From positions 42,086 to 106,085 of the forward strand of contig CAZFSR010000007.1 of assembly GCA_964521575.1 (NCBI GenBank): DNA of 64,000 nucleotides. Reading direction: 5' to 3'. Positions 9,852 through 19,325 of the stretch are shown piece by piece (position 1 is the first letter of the stretch; each line of letters begins with the position of its first letter). This DNA comes from an uncultured Synergistaceae bacterium (GTDB taxonomy: Bacteria; Synergistota; Synergistia; Synergistales; 79-D21). The notes beneath the pieces are model-generated. The model did no database searches, was not told where the DNA came from, and saw only the letters and a list, made by a program, of their open reading frames with translations. The position numbers were made by a program, and so were the translations under genes.

Positions 9852-11173
9852 AAGACGGACCCGATCTCTTGGTCGGTTTGGATTTGGGTACCACTAAAAT
9901 CGCGGTCGTCGTGGCAGAGTTGGATTCCCGCTCTGGCGAGGCGCAGATCATCGGTGTCGGTGAAGCCCCTTCCATGGGAATCAGGAAGGGGATGATCGTT
10001 AACCTGGAGCAGGCCACCCGTTCCATCCAGGCGGCGGTTGAAGATGCCGAGAGCATGGTGGGCCTGGGGATCGAAGAAGTAACGGTAGCCTTTTCGGGTG
10101 CTGAAGCGACCAGCGTGCGGACAAAGGGAATGATATCGCTCGGCCGTTCGGCAAGGCAGGTGACCCTGGACGATGTGGACCGCATCATCGAAGCGGCCCA
10201 ATCCGAGATCGCCGTTCCGGTCAATCGCTGCATTCTCCATACGATTCCCGTCGAATACACGCTGGACGGGCACCCAGGGATCGATGACCCTCTCGACATG
10301 ACGGGAGTCAGGCTCGAGGTGGAACTCCAGTCGATCATCGTGCCGAGCGCAGTGATCCAGAATGTCGTCAATAGCGTGAGCAAGGCGGGCCTAGAGGTTT
10401 CCGGACTGGTCATGAAACCTCTCGCAAGCTCTCTGGGGTGTCTTTCCAACGAGGAGGCCATGGCGGGTGTGGCAGTGGTTGACCTGGGTGGAGGTACAAC
10501 GGGGGTTTCGGTTTTTTCAGACGGAAGGCCTAGAAGGCTTTCCGTCATTCCTGTCGGTGGAGACCATATCACCAACGACCTTGCCTGTGTCTTGAGAATC
10601 CCGATCAGCAGGGCAGATACCTTGAAGAAGAGCGTTTCCCTTTCACCGGATGGTTTCGGGCAGAACGAAAAGATCGAAATCGAGAGCATGGGGAAAACTC
10701 TTTCTTTCAGCGTGCGGGAGGTTGTTGAAGTTATCGCCTGCCGGCTTGATGAACTCTTTTCTTCTCTTGTCGTAAACGAGCTGAAGGAGTCGGGAATATC
10801 CATGATGCCGGGTGGAGTTGTCCTGACGGGCGGTGTATCCAGACTAACCGGCCTGGATGCCTACGTCTCGCGGCTGCTTGACATGCCGGTGAGGGTAGCT
10901 GGGCCGATAGACGCGGGTCGTATGCCGCCCGGCATGAACAGCGAGGAGTACTCCGGAGGAGCGGGAATCATCCGATACATTCTGGAAAAGGCGAGGAACC
11001 CCTACCGCTACATCGAGTCCGACCTGCCTTCGGAAGGGACGGTCTCGGGTAACCGAGGCAAACGGGGGGGTAGGGGGGCCGTAAGTGCCGGGAACGGCAG
11101 GAAAAAGGCTGGTGACGGGGCGCTTAAAACCGTGATGGAGAATATCCGGAAATCCGTGAAGGACTTGTTTTGA
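9848..11173 (+). CDS. ftsA: cell division protein FtsA
   Basis: Actin-fold motifs DLGTTKIAVVVAE, VVDLGGGTTGVSVF and VLTGGVSRLTGL. TTG start in a TTGA overlap with the ftsQ stop. Confidence 0.93.
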   Translation: MKDGPDLLVGLDLGTTKIAVVVAELDSRSGEAQIIGVGEAPSMGIRKGMIVNLEQATRSIQAAVEDAESMVGLGIEEVTVAFSGAEATSVRTKGMISLGRSARQVTLDDVDRIIEAAQSEIAVPVNRCILHTIPVEYTLDGHPGIDDPLDMTGVRLEVELQSIIVPSAVIQNVVNSVSKAGLEVSGLVMKPLASSLGCLSNEEAMAGVAVVDLGGGTTGVSVFSDGRPRRLSVIPVGGDHITNDLACVLRIPISRADTLKKSVSLSPDGFGQNEKIEIESMGKTLSFSVREVVEVIACRLDELFSSLVVNELKESGISMMPGGVVLTGGVSRLTGLDAYVSRLLDMPVRVAGPIDAGRMPPGMNSEEYSGGAGIIRYILEKARNPYRYIESDLPSEGTVSGNRGKRGGRGAVSAGNGRKKAGDGALKTVMENIRKSVKDLF

Positions 11174-11203
11174 CCATTCTGGATCCTGCAGGAGGCGAAC
11201 GGC

Positions 11204-12394
11204 ATGGCCGATATTTTTGAGATCGAAAAAGCGAGCCGTCCATTCAGGGAAGTCATCAAGGTCATGGGCATCGGTGGCGGCGGGAACAATGCGTTGAATC
11301 ATATCGCCAGAAGCGGGCTTGTCGGCGTGGAGTTCGTCGGGGCCAACACGGATATGGCGCATCTCCAGACCTCCGAGGCCGATGTCCGGGTGGTTCTCGG
11401 CAAGGAATTGACCCGTGGACTGGGCGCCGGGGCAGATCCAGAGGTCGGCATGAAGGCGGCAAAGGAATCCCGGGAGGAAATCCGTCAGCTCCTGGAGGGA
11501 GCGGACATGGTTTTCCTGACTGCCGGTATGGGTGGCGGGACCGGAACGGGATCGACCCCGGTCATTGCTGAAGTGGCAAAGGAGATGGGGGTCCTTGTTG
11601 TGGCAGTTGTCACGCGCCCCTTCTCTTTCGAGGGGAAGAAACGCCTGATGCAGGCGAAGAGCGGGATTGAGAACCTCAAGGACAAGGTCGATGCCCTTAT
11701 CGTCATCCCCAACGACAAATTGCTGGAGATCTCCGACTGCAAGACCGCCCTGTGCGATGCTTTCAGGCTTGCGGATGATGTCTTGCGCCAGGCTGTGCAG
11801 GGAGTCACCGACCTGATCTTCCGTCCCGGCCTGGTGAACGTCGATTTTGCCGACGTCAGAACCGTCATGAGCAACGCCGGTTCAGCAATCATGGGCATCG
11901 GTGAGGCTGAAGGCGAGTCTCGGGCAGAAATTGCAGCGCGGGCGGCGATCAATAGTCCCCTGATGGAGACCCAGATGGCGGGGGCGAAAGGCGTCCTGTT
12001 CAACGTAACGGGAGGCCCCAGCCTTGGCATCCACGAGATCAACGAAGCGGCAGGCGTGATCACGGAAGCGGCGGACGAGGATGCCACGATCATATGGGGA
12101 AACGTGGTCGATCCTTCCATGGGTGAAAAGATCCAGATCACCGTCATCGCGACAGGATTTTCCGAGCAGGCCGCAACACCTTCGCCGATCCGCAAGGTTG
12201 AAACGGTCCGTAAAGCCGTTTCTCAACAGCCTGTCCAGCAGATGCCCCCGCGTGTCAGGAAGAACCGTATTGACCTGGAAGAAACAGAGGTCCGGTCTTC
12301 CTCGCAGGAAGAGGATCTTTTCAAGATCAGCGGAGTACCGACGAACCACCTCGACATCCCATCGGTCATCCGCAGGCGGAAGGCTGGAGATTAG
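11204..12394 (+). CDS. ftsZ: cell division protein FtsZ
   Basis: Tubulin signature GGGTGTGSTPVIAE, NTDMAHL, and a conserved C-terminal peptide DIPSVIRRR. AGGAGG RBS upstream. Confidence 0.97.
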   Translation: MADIFEIEKASRPFREVIKVMGIGGGGNNALNHIARSGLVGVEFVGANTDMAHLQTSEADVRVVLGKELTRGLGAGADPEVGMKAAKESREEIRQLLEGADMVFLTAGMGGGTGTGSTPVIAEVAKEMGVLVVAVVTRPFSFEGKKRLMQAKSGIENLKDKVDALIVIPNDKLLEISDCKTALCDAFRLADDVLRQAVQGVTDLIFRPGLVNVDFADVRTVMSNAGSAIMGIGEAEGESRAEIAARAAINSPLMETQMAGAKGVLFNVTGGPSLGIHEINEAAGVITEAADEDATIIWGNVVDPSMGEKIQITVIATGFSEQAATPSPIRKVETVRKAVSQQPVQQMPPRVRKNRIDLEETEVRSSSQEEDLFKISGVPTNHLDIPSVIRRRKAGD

Positions 12395-12488
12395 GCTGGC
12401 TGCCGGGAGGCGTCTTTTTTTGAGGGCAATTAGGCGGGTTCCCGCGGACAGAAGCCATAACCGGTTCGGCCGAGAGTGGGACCCCATC

Positions 12489-13922
12489 ATGCGGGAAGAG
12501 GTAGCGGTCCTTCCTATGCCCCGGGGAGGCGATCCTTCTTGGGCTCTCGTTTTTCCTTCCGATTACGGAACCGGGATTTCGAACCTAGGCTTCCATTATG
12601 TCTTTTATCACTTGAAAAGGCTGGGGGTTGGCGTTGAGCGGTTCTTTCATTCGCCAATCCCCAATCTTTCGGTTGAAAACCACCGCGCCCTGCAGGATTT
12701 TCCCATCATCACGGCGAGCATCGCCTATGAACCCGATGCCTTGAATTTTCTTCAACTGCTGCATCTGGCGGGTATTCCGTCGAAGCAAAGCCAGCGGGAG
12801 TCGGGAGAGTTCCCCCTGATCGGGGCGGCCGGAGCGTTCACCTCGATCAATCCGTCGATGCTTCTTGCGGTTGCCGATTTCATCGTGCTGGGAGATGGAG
12901 AGCCCGTCATTCCTCACCTTGTTGCCTGCTTCAGGAACCACCAGCCTGGAGAGGATCGGGAAAAACTGCTCGAAGCATTGGACGAGCATCCTTCCGTTCT
13001 TGTCCCGGGCCTGGGGGTTGAGAGTGCGATCGATTCCCTCCGGAGCGGCGTGAAAAAGGCATCGGCGACCCCCTGCGGGAAATCTTTAGGGCATGGGGTT
13101 TGGATCAGCAAAAAATCCGTTTTCGGTGAAACGCTTCTTCTTGAACTTCAGCGGGGGTGTGCTCGCGGATGTCCGTATTGTGTTCTTCCTGCCTGTTTTT
13201 CCCCTCTTAGGCAAAGACCCCTGGACAGGGTTATCGAGACACTGGAAGATTGCGCCTCGAGAGTCCCGTTCAGGCAGGTCGGTTTGGTTACGCCTGAGGC
13301 GGGGGATTACCCTGGACTGGAAACCCTGCTGGACAAACTCGAAGACTTGGGCAAAGGCGTTTCTTTCGCTTCTCTGCGTATTGACAACCTGACGAGGCGG
13401 ATGGTCAGGGCATTGAGGCAATCAGGAAGGGAAAGCCTGACGATCGCCCCGGAAACAGGGACGGACCGATTGCGCCTAAGTTGTGGGAAACCTTTCACTA
13501 ACCGCCAGATTCTTGATAAGCTGGAAATGGCCTCATGCGAAGGAATGAAAAAAGTGAAACTCTACTTTATGGTCGGCCTACCGGCCGAGACGGAGGAAGA
13601 TGTTGTCGCCATCGCTGGCCTCGCAGAAACGATCAGGAAAGAGTTGCGCCTGTCAGTCTCGCTTTCGGTGAACGCTTTCGTTCCGAAACCCGGAACTCCG
13701 TGGGGCAATCGTGCGTTCATCGGCATCGCCGAAGCGGAAAAACGGTTTCGGCTGCTCAAGGCAGCGATTTCGGAAAGCCTGGGCAGGGGATGCGAGATCC
13801 GTTTTTCTAGCGCGAGAGAAGCCGACCTGGAACATCGTCTTTCCTGGGGTGGTCCCGAAGTGGTGGATTGGATGGAAACCCTTGTCGACAAGAGAAAAAG
13901 GGGGAGAAACGATGCGATCTGA
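12489..13922 (+). CDS. radical SAM protein with B12-binding-like N-terminal domain, function unknown
   Basis: CxxxCxxC cluster motif GCARGCPYC. N-terminal PSDYGTGISNLGFHYVFYHL resembles the uncharacterised radical-SAM family that is often fused to or adjacent to DUF2344 (from memory). Start at ATG 12489; the longer ORF from 12081 overlaps ftsZ. Confidence 0.8.
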   Translation: MREEVAVLPMPRGGDPSWALVFPSDYGTGISNLGFHYVFYHLKRLGVGVERFFHSPIPNLSVENHRALQDFPIITASIAYEPDALNFLQLLHLAGIPSKQSQRESGEFPLIGAAGAFTSINPSMLLAVADFIVLGDGEPVIPHLVACFRNHQPGEDREKLLEALDEHPSVLVPGLGVESAIDSLRSGVKKASATPCGKSLGHGVWISKKSVFGETLLLELQRGCARGCPYCVLPACFSPLRQRPLDRVIETLEDCASRVPFRQVGLVTPEAGDYPGLETLLDKLEDLGKGVSFASLRIDNLTRRMVRALRQSGRESLTIAPETGTDRLRLSCGKPFTNRQILDKLEMASCEGMKKVKLYFMVGLPAETEEDVVAIAGLAETIRKELRLSVSLSVNAFVPKPGTPWGNRAFIGIAEAEKRFRLLKAAISESLGRGCEIRFSSAREADLEHRLSWGGPEVVDWMETLVDKRKRGRNDAI

Positions 13923-14676
13923 ACCCGAAGAGTGGGAAGAAATGGAAGAAGAGGAAGGGGACCCCGTTTCGGGTCATCCAAGACCGCAAAGAAGGCTTCC
14001 CTCCAGAAGAAGCCGCAGGAGCCGGACCCGAAAGGCGAATTTCGGCTTTGGTCACTTTATGCTTCCAATCGTGGGGCTGGTGGCCGTCGGGATTCTAGTG
14101 TTCGGGATACGGCTGTTTTTCTTCCCATCGCCAGAAAGGGAAACCTCTTCTCCCGTTTTGGAGCAAACCCAAAGCGCGGAGCCGGGTGCGCTTGAAGGGG
14201 AAAGCCCCGATGCGGTAGCGGTCGGGGGGGGAGAATCGGTGGTGGCTGTTCCGGAAAGCGGTGGACAAACAAAGACCGAAGCCGTCCCGAAAACCAATCT
14301 TGTCCAAGCAAAGCCTGTGTCCAAGACGATCGCTGTGAAATCGGCCGCTCAGCCGGCCACGGTTCCGGAAGACGGCGGTAAACAAACTCAAAAAAATGTG
14401 ACCATGCAGGTCCAGGCCAAGCTCGAGCCTGAATCGGGCACCAAAGAGGCGTGGAGTGTCCAGGTAGGAGCCTTCAAGGATCGAGCCAACGCCGAAAACC
14501 TGGTCAGGAAACTCAAGCAGGAAGGTTTTTCAGCAAGATTGATCGAGACAAAGACTGGCGAAAAAGTGATGTCCAAGGTCCTTGTCCAGGCTGGCCCCGA
14601 AAGGGCTTCGGCAGACAAGCTGGCGAAGACGCTCAGCGAAAAAGGCTACCCTGTCCTGGTTGTCAAGTTGCCGTAG
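13912..14676 (+). CDS. SPOR domain-containing membrane protein
   Basis: Acidic N-terminus, one TM helix (MLPIVGLVAVGILVFGIRLFFF), a low-complexity linker, and a C-terminal SPOR repeat (WSVQVGAFKDRANAENLVRKLKQEGFSARL...). ATG 13912 overlaps the radical-SAM stop by 11 nt. Confidence 0.82.
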   Translation: MRSEPEEWEEMEEEEGDPVSGHPRPQRRLPSRRSRRSRTRKANFGFGHFMLPIVGLVAVGILVFGIRLFFFPSPERETSSPVLEQTQSAEPGALEGESPDAVAVGGGESVVAVPESGGQTKTEAVPKTNLVQAKPVSKTIAVKSAAQPATVPEDGGKQTQKNVTMQVQAKLEPESGTKEAWSVQVGAFKDRANAENLVRKLKQEGFSARLIETKTGEKVMSKVLVQAGPERASADKLAKTLSEKGYPVLVVKLP

Positions 14677-14701
14677 GATCGAAAAGGGCGGAGGCTTCTG
14701 C

Positions 14702-15931
14702 ATGTCGGGTTTTGCCAAGGAATTGATGCCGAGAGAGGGCGCAATCGAATATGTTTCGAAGGCGCTCGCTTTCCCATGGGTCCTGAAAAGCGCTTCTGCA
14801 CCGCTTGATCAAGCTCTTGGGAAGCGCAGCGGAAAAGAGCTGCTTTCCCCTGTGGATTATCCGCCCTTTTCCCGTAGTACCCGGGATGGGTATGCGCTGC
14901 GGTCAGGGGATTCTGCAGGGGCCTCGGACTCTTCCCCGGTTTTTCTGCGAGTCAAGGGAGAAATCCCAATGGGGATCTGGTCCAATTCTGCAATCGGGGA
15001 AGGCGAATGCGTTTTGGTTCATACCGGGGGGATGATCCCGGAGGGGGCAGATGCCGTCGTCATGGTGGAAGACACCGTACAGGCGGGAAACTGGCTGGAA
15101 GTCCGGAAAGCGCTCCAGTCGGGCGAGAACCTGGTGTTCCGCGGGGAGGAAATCGACCGGGGGAAAACGATCCTTGGCGCCGGCGAATTGCTGGATTACC
15201 GAAACGTTGGAATCCTGGCAACATTAGGACTTTGTTCGATTGAGCTCATTGACTTGAAAATCGGAATCCTCTCGACCGGTGACGAAATCGTTCCAGCTGA
15301 GACCGCGACCCTTCCTCCAGGGAAGATCAGGGACGCAAATGCCTGGTTTCTTGAATTTCTCCTTTCGCGCCACGGCTTTCCTGCAAGACGCCTGGGAATC
15401 GTCCCGGACCGCAGGGAGTCGCTGGCCGAATCCGTCGAAAAAAGCCTGGTGGGTGTCGATGTCCTGGTTTTAAGCGGCGGGTCATCTGTGAGCGTCAGGG
15501 ACTACTGTTCCGAAATCATGGAGAACCTCCCCTCCCCAGGCCTTCTTGTGAGGGGGGTCAACATGAGCCCGGGGAAACCGCTTCTCATCGCCGGCTGCTT
15601 GCCGGACAGGCGGCTGGTCCTGGGGTTGCCGGGGCACCCCCTTTCCTGTTCCATCGTCGCCATCACGGTGCTATTGCCCCTCCTTTATCGTCTGGTTGGC
15701 ATCGAAGCCCTTCCATTCAGGAGTGTCAGGGCGAGTTTGGCCTCGGACGTTTTCGGCAGGGCAGGTGTTGAAGAGTTCATCCCTGCTGTTGACATGAATG
15801 GGGAAGTCCTGCCCATACAGGGGAAGTCGGGATACGTCACCGTCCTGAGGGACGCAAAAGGGCTTGTCCGGCTCAAGGCAAACGAGGAAACACGCAGGAA
15901 GGGAGAAATCGTGGAGGTCCTGGAATGGTAA
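14702..15931 (+). CDS. moeA: molybdopterin molybdotransferase MoeA
   Basis: MoeA motifs SRSTRDGYALRS, LSTGDEIV, VLSGGSSVSVRDY, VNMSPGKPLLIAG and GLPGHPLSCS. ATG 14702 follows GGCGGAGG. Confidence 0.9.
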   Translation: MSGFAKELMPREGAIEYVSKALAFPWVLKSASAPLDQALGKRSGKELLSPVDYPPFSRSTRDGYALRSGDSAGASDSSPVFLRVKGEIPMGIWSNSAIGEGECVLVHTGGMIPEGADAVVMVEDTVQAGNWLEVRKALQSGENLVFRGEEIDRGKTILGAGELLDYRNVGILATLGLCSIELIDLKIGILSTGDEIVPAETATLPPGKIRDANAWFLEFLLSRHGFPARRLGIVPDRRESLAESVEKSLVGVDVLVLSGGSSVSVRDYCSEIMENLPSPGLLVRGVNMSPGKPLLIAGCLPDRRLVLGLPGHPLSCSIVAITVLLPLLYRLVGIEALPFRSVRASLASDVFGRAGVEEFIPAVDMNGEVLPIQGKSGYVTVLRDAKGLVRLKANEETRRKGEIVEVLEW

Positions 15932-17850
15932 AAACTTGCAGGGAACATATCGGTCTCGATGAAGCCAGGGAAATAGTCCTGGGCGCGGCGAGGGCGCTGG
16001 GGCACCCGTGGTCAAGGACGATTCCCACCGAAGAAGGACTAGGGCTTATCCTGGCTGAAGATGTCCTTTCGAAGCGGAACGTTCCTCATTACGTCGCCTC
16101 AGCGGTCGACGGATATGCCGTCGTGGCGGCAGAAACGAGCGGTGCCACCGCGGCCACCGTCGTCCGCCTGGCTAGTGATCGGTTCCTTTGGGTCAATACA
16201 GGCGCCTCGGTTCCGCATTGGGCCGACGCTGTCGTCATGGTGGAGGACACCTCGATGGATGAGGGCGGAGAGTTGGTTCTTTCCAAGGCACTCCCGCCAG
16301 GCTCTAATATCCGCCCCGTTGGTGAGGATGTCATGCTGGGCCAGATTCTTGCGCGCCGGGAGGAAAGGATCGCCCCGCCTCTTTTGGCCCTTCTGCTGGG
16401 GGCGGGGGTCGGTTCGGTCCCGGTATTCCCGCGGCCCAAATGCCTTTTCATTCCTACGGGCGACGAAATATGCCCTATTAGGGAATGGCTCGAAAACGGA
16501 GGGGCCGTTAGCGGCAGAGTCCCGGAAAGCAATTCGGCCCTTCTCAAGGGGATCTTTCGTGAATGGGGATTTGAACTTGATGTTCATCCCATTGTGCCGG
16601 ACTCTGCAGACCTGATCAGGGAAGCGCTTCGTAACGGGGCGAAAAGCCACGACCTCGTTCTCATCGGGGCAGGAACGGCGAAGGGGAGGAGGGACCACAC
16701 GGCGGAGGTCATTTCCTCGGAAGGAGATCTCCTTTTCCGATGGGTTCGGATTAAGCCGGGGCGTCCCGCCATGATGGGGATAGTCGGGAAGACGATGGTT
16801 TTTGGGATACCGGGTTTCCCCTTGTCGACTGCTGTGGCTGTCTGGAGCCTGGTTTTTCCAGCGCTGCTCGCCATGTCGGGGATTCCTTGCGATAGAACCC
16901 GTGAATCGCTGATCCGGGGGGCTCTTGGTGCTAACCAACAGCTCGAGTGCGAGATGATGCTTCCGCACTCGTCTCCGCCCGGAGTAGAGGAATGGCTGAG
17001 GGTAAAGGCTGCCGAAATAGGGGGCAGGAAGGTTTCGTGGGCCCTCTCCTCCGGAGCGTCGACGATGTGGGCAATGCATGAGGCGGACGGGTACGCGCAA
17101 CTATCTCCCGAAACGGTCGAATGCCCAAAGGGAACGCGCCTGAATGTCTGGTTCACGAGGGATGTTCCATGGGAAAAAAGGGTTCTTTTCCAGGGCTCGG
17201 ATGACCCCGCCTTTATGCGACTCGTCACGCCGGTTCGCCGGAGGGGAGCGGACCTCGCCATCAGGTCGGTGGGAAGCCTCGGCGGTCTCGCTGCTCTTGC
17301 CCGCGGCGAGGGGCATATGGCGGCATGCCATCTTCTTGATGGCAAAACGGGGCGATACAACGATTCTTTTATTGAGGAGCTCTCCAATAACGAAATATGG
17401 ATTAGAAAGGTGCTTTTCTACCGTGAGCAGGGCTTCCTGGTCGCGAAGGGCAATCCGAAGGGCCTTGCGGGGGTGGAGGATCTTGCCGGGAAGGGGATCC
17501 GTATCGTCAACAGGCAGCCGGGTGCCGGAACAAGGGTTCTCCTCGACTGGTTTCTCCATGAGGCAGGACTGGACCGGGCTGAGATCCCAGGGTATTCGGG
17601 GCAGGCGATGACTCACCTTGACGCCGCGAGCCGCGTCGCATCCGGGGTTGTGGATGCAGCGCTCGGGATTCGGGCAGCGGCTGATGCTCTCGGCCTCGAT
17701 TTTGTGCCAATGGCATGGGAGCCTTTCGAATTGGTTGTCCCGGAGAAACACCTGAACCACCCTGGAGTCAGGGCCGTCATGGATGCGGTCGAAGACCCGG
17801 ATTGGAGAAAGGGTGTCGAAGCAATGGGAGGATATCGATGGCCGGATTGA
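15925..17850 (+). CDS. MoeA-family molybdopterin molybdotransferase fused to a C-terminal periplasmic-binding-protein-like (PBP-like) domain
   Basis: The N-terminal ~400 aa is MoeA-like (ASAVDGYAV, IPTGDEI, LIGAGTAKGRRDH, IKPGRPAMMG, GIPGFPLS). The C-terminal ~230 aa resembles PBP-like oxyanion-binding domains (GSDDPAF...VGSLGGLAALARGEGHMAACHL...NRQPGAGTR). ATG 15925 overlaps the moeA stop. Confidence 0.82.
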   Translation: MVKTCREHIGLDEAREIVLGAARALGHPWSRTIPTEEGLGLILAEDVLSKRNVPHYVASAVDGYAVVAAETSGATAATVVRLASDRFLWVNTGASVPHWADAVVMVEDTSMDEGGELVLSKALPPGSNIRPVGEDVMLGQILARREERIAPPLLALLLGAGVGSVPVFPRPKCLFIPTGDEICPIREWLENGGAVSGRVPESNSALLKGIFREWGFELDVHPIVPDSADLIREALRNGAKSHDLVLIGAGTAKGRRDHTAEVISSEGDLLFRWVRIKPGRPAMMGIVGKTMVFGIPGFPLSTAVAVWSLVFPALLAMSGIPCDRTRESLIRGALGANQQLECEMMLPHSSPPGVEEWLRVKAAEIGGRKVSWALSSGASTMWAMHEADGYAQLSPETVECPKGTRLNVWFTRDVPWEKRVLFQGSDDPAFMRLVTPVRRRGADLAIRSVGSLGGLAALARGEGHMAACHLLDGKTGRYNDSFIEELSNNEIWIRKVLFYREQGFLVAKGNPKGLAGVEDLAGKGIRIVNRQPGAGTRVLLDWFLHEAGLDRAEIPGYSGQAMTHLDAASRVASGVVDAALGIRAAADALGLDFVPMAWEPFELVVPEKHLNHPGVRAVMDAVEDPDWRKGVEAMGGYRWPD

Positions 17851-18830
17851 AGGGATCCTTCAACCGCAGGCTTGACTACGTGAGGATTTCCATCACCGAT
17901 CGCTGCAACTACCGATGCCGGTACTGCATGCCGGAAGATGGGATCAGTTGGCTTGGGCACGACGAGATCCTGCGGTACGAGGAAATCCTGGCCCTTTGCC
18001 GGCTGCTTCACGAGATGGGGGTCAGAAAGGTTCGCCTCACGGGGGGCGAACCCATGGTCCGAAAGGGATTGACCGACTTCCTCAGGCTCCTTGTCGGAGA
18101 AATCCCGTCCCTGCATGTGGCTCTGACGACAAATGGGTCTTTCCTGCTCCAGTCTGCCGAAGATCTTTCGAAGATCCCGCTTTGCGGCCTTAACGTCAGC
18201 CTGGATTCGATGGACCCTGGAAAGTTCCGATCCCTGACCCGGCTTGGCAGCCTGGAGGAAGTCCTGCAGGGGATCATCGCGTTCCGCTCCCGATCCCGAA
18301 TCCCGATCAAGATCAACACGGTGCTGATGAGGGGGTTCAACGAAGAGGAGGTCCCGGCTCTTCTCGAATTCGCGAGATCCTGCGATGCGGTACTGAGGCT
18401 GATCGAATTCATGCCCCTGGATGATTCCGTTTGGACCCGGGATCGCTTCATTTCCGCGGACGAAATCGTGGCAGGGTTGCCTGACGCGGATAAATGGATC
18501 CCGGACGTCTTCGGGAAAAAGAACCCCAATCATGGGGTCCCGCAGGGACCGGCCCGTACCCTTGTCCATACGGGGACGGGACAGCGGCTCGGGATCATCG
18601 CCGTAGTCAGCCACCACTTTTGCGAGACCTGCAACCGATTGAGAATAACCGCTTCGGGGGAACTTCGGAGCTGTCTATTCAGTGAGAAAGGAGTTTCCTT
18701 AATGGAACCCCTTCGTCGGGGAGACCTTGAAACGGTCCGTGAACTGATTCTCGCGGAAGCGGGCAGGAAGCCGAAGTGCTGGAGGGATGCAGCAGCCTCC
18801 TCCCGGCATATGTCCCGGATAGGGGGATGA
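17838..18830 (+). CDS. moaA: GTP 3',8-cyclase MoaA (radical SAM)
   Basis: ISITDRCNYRCRYCMPE cluster motif and a C-terminal second cluster region (FCETCNRLRITASGELRSCLF). ATG 17838 overlaps the upstream stop by 13 nt. Confidence 0.94.
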   Translation: MAGLKGSFNRRLDYVRISITDRCNYRCRYCMPEDGISWLGHDEILRYEEILALCRLLHEMGVRKVRLTGGEPMVRKGLTDFLRLLVGEIPSLHVALTTNGSFLLQSAEDLSKIPLCGLNVSLDSMDPGKFRSLTRLGSLEEVLQGIIAFRSRSRIPIKINTVLMRGFNEEEVPALLEFARSCDAVLRLIEFMPLDDSVWTRDRFISADEIVAGLPDADKWIPDVFGKKNPNHGVPQGPARTLVHTGTGQRLGIIAVVSHHFCETCNRLRITASGELRSCLFSEKGVSLMEPLRRGDLETVRELILAEAGRKPKCWRDAAASSRHMSRIGG

Positions 18831-18833
18831 AAA

Positions 18834-19325
18834 ATGGGGGAATTCACGCATCTGGACAGGGATGGGCATCCGGTTATGGTCGATGTGTCCGGAAAGCCTG
18901 AGACTGAAAGGGAAGCGATCGCGGAGGGGTGGGTTTTCCTTCCCGATAGGGTTTTTACGGCAGTGCGGGACAGCGCGGTCAGGAAGGGGGATGTCCTCCG
19001 GATTGCGGAACTGGCAGGAATCCAGGGGGCAAAGCAGACCCCTGTCCTGATCCCCCTTTGCCACGGGATCCGTCTTGACAAGGCATTCCTCCGGTGCGAA
19101 CTTGTGCCGGAAAAGAACGCGGTCAGGATCGAATGCCAGGTGAAGGCCAGGGAAGTTACGGGGGTGGAAATGGAGGCCTTGACCGGAGTTTCCGTAGCCG
19201 CCCTGACCGTCTATGACATGTGCAAGGCCCTGGATAAGGGAATAGAAATCAGGGATATCCGACTGCTTATGAAGAAGGGCGGAAAGAGCGGTGAATACCG
19301 GGCTTCCGCAGGAGGGGAAAAATGA
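18834..19325 (+). CDS. moaC: cyclic pyranopterin monophosphate synthase MoaC
   Basis: 163 aa with MoaC motifs (MVDVSGKPETEREA, IPLCHGI, GVEMEALTGVSVAALTVYDMCKA). Confidence 0.95.
   Translation: MGEFTHLDRDGHPVMVDVSGKPETEREAIAEGWVFLPDRVFTAVRDSAVRKGDVLRIAELAGIQGAKQTPVLIPLCHGIRLDKAFLRCELVPEKNAVRIECQVKAREVTGVEMEALTGVSVAALTVYDMCKALDKGIEIRDIRLLMKKGGKSGEYRASAGGEK

Noticed and set aside
9751-10803. A 350-aa antisense ORF opposite ftsA. Similar long shadow ORFs occur at 502-1404, 16099-17100, 17613-18617, 20833-21441, 22808-23647 and 36759-37463.
   Set aside because: This is the same GC-driven shadow-ORF effect. Each lies fully inside a confidently identified gene on the other strand, and their translations are Arg/Pro/Ser-rich without domain signatures.
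12081-12488. Long N-terminal extensions given by the ORF track. Examples are 12081 for the radical-SAM gene, 4200 for ftsW, 5408 for murG, 13711 for SPOR, 14582 for moeA, 17715 for moaA, 26152 for pgk, 27293 for tpiA, 33137 for rplU, 39163 for ispA, 56798 for queA and 62917 for the C-N hydrolase.
   Set aside because: The extensions overlap the 3' ends of well-supported upstream genes and translate to Arg/Ser-rich junk. In each case an internal ATG with an RBS or a stop/start overlap gives a protein starting at the conserved N-terminus.
12395-12488. A run of 7 T (12415-12421) after ftsZ as a rho-independent terminator.
   Set aside because: I could not find a convincing GC-rich stem immediately upstream. 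There are only direct repeats of AGGCTGG and short 3-bp pairings, so it is not called.
14677-14701. I looked for a Moco riboswitch ahead of moeA and moaA.
   Set aside because: Only 25 nt separate the SPOR gene from moeA, and the downstream Moco genes overlap one another. There is no room for a ~130-nt riboswitch.
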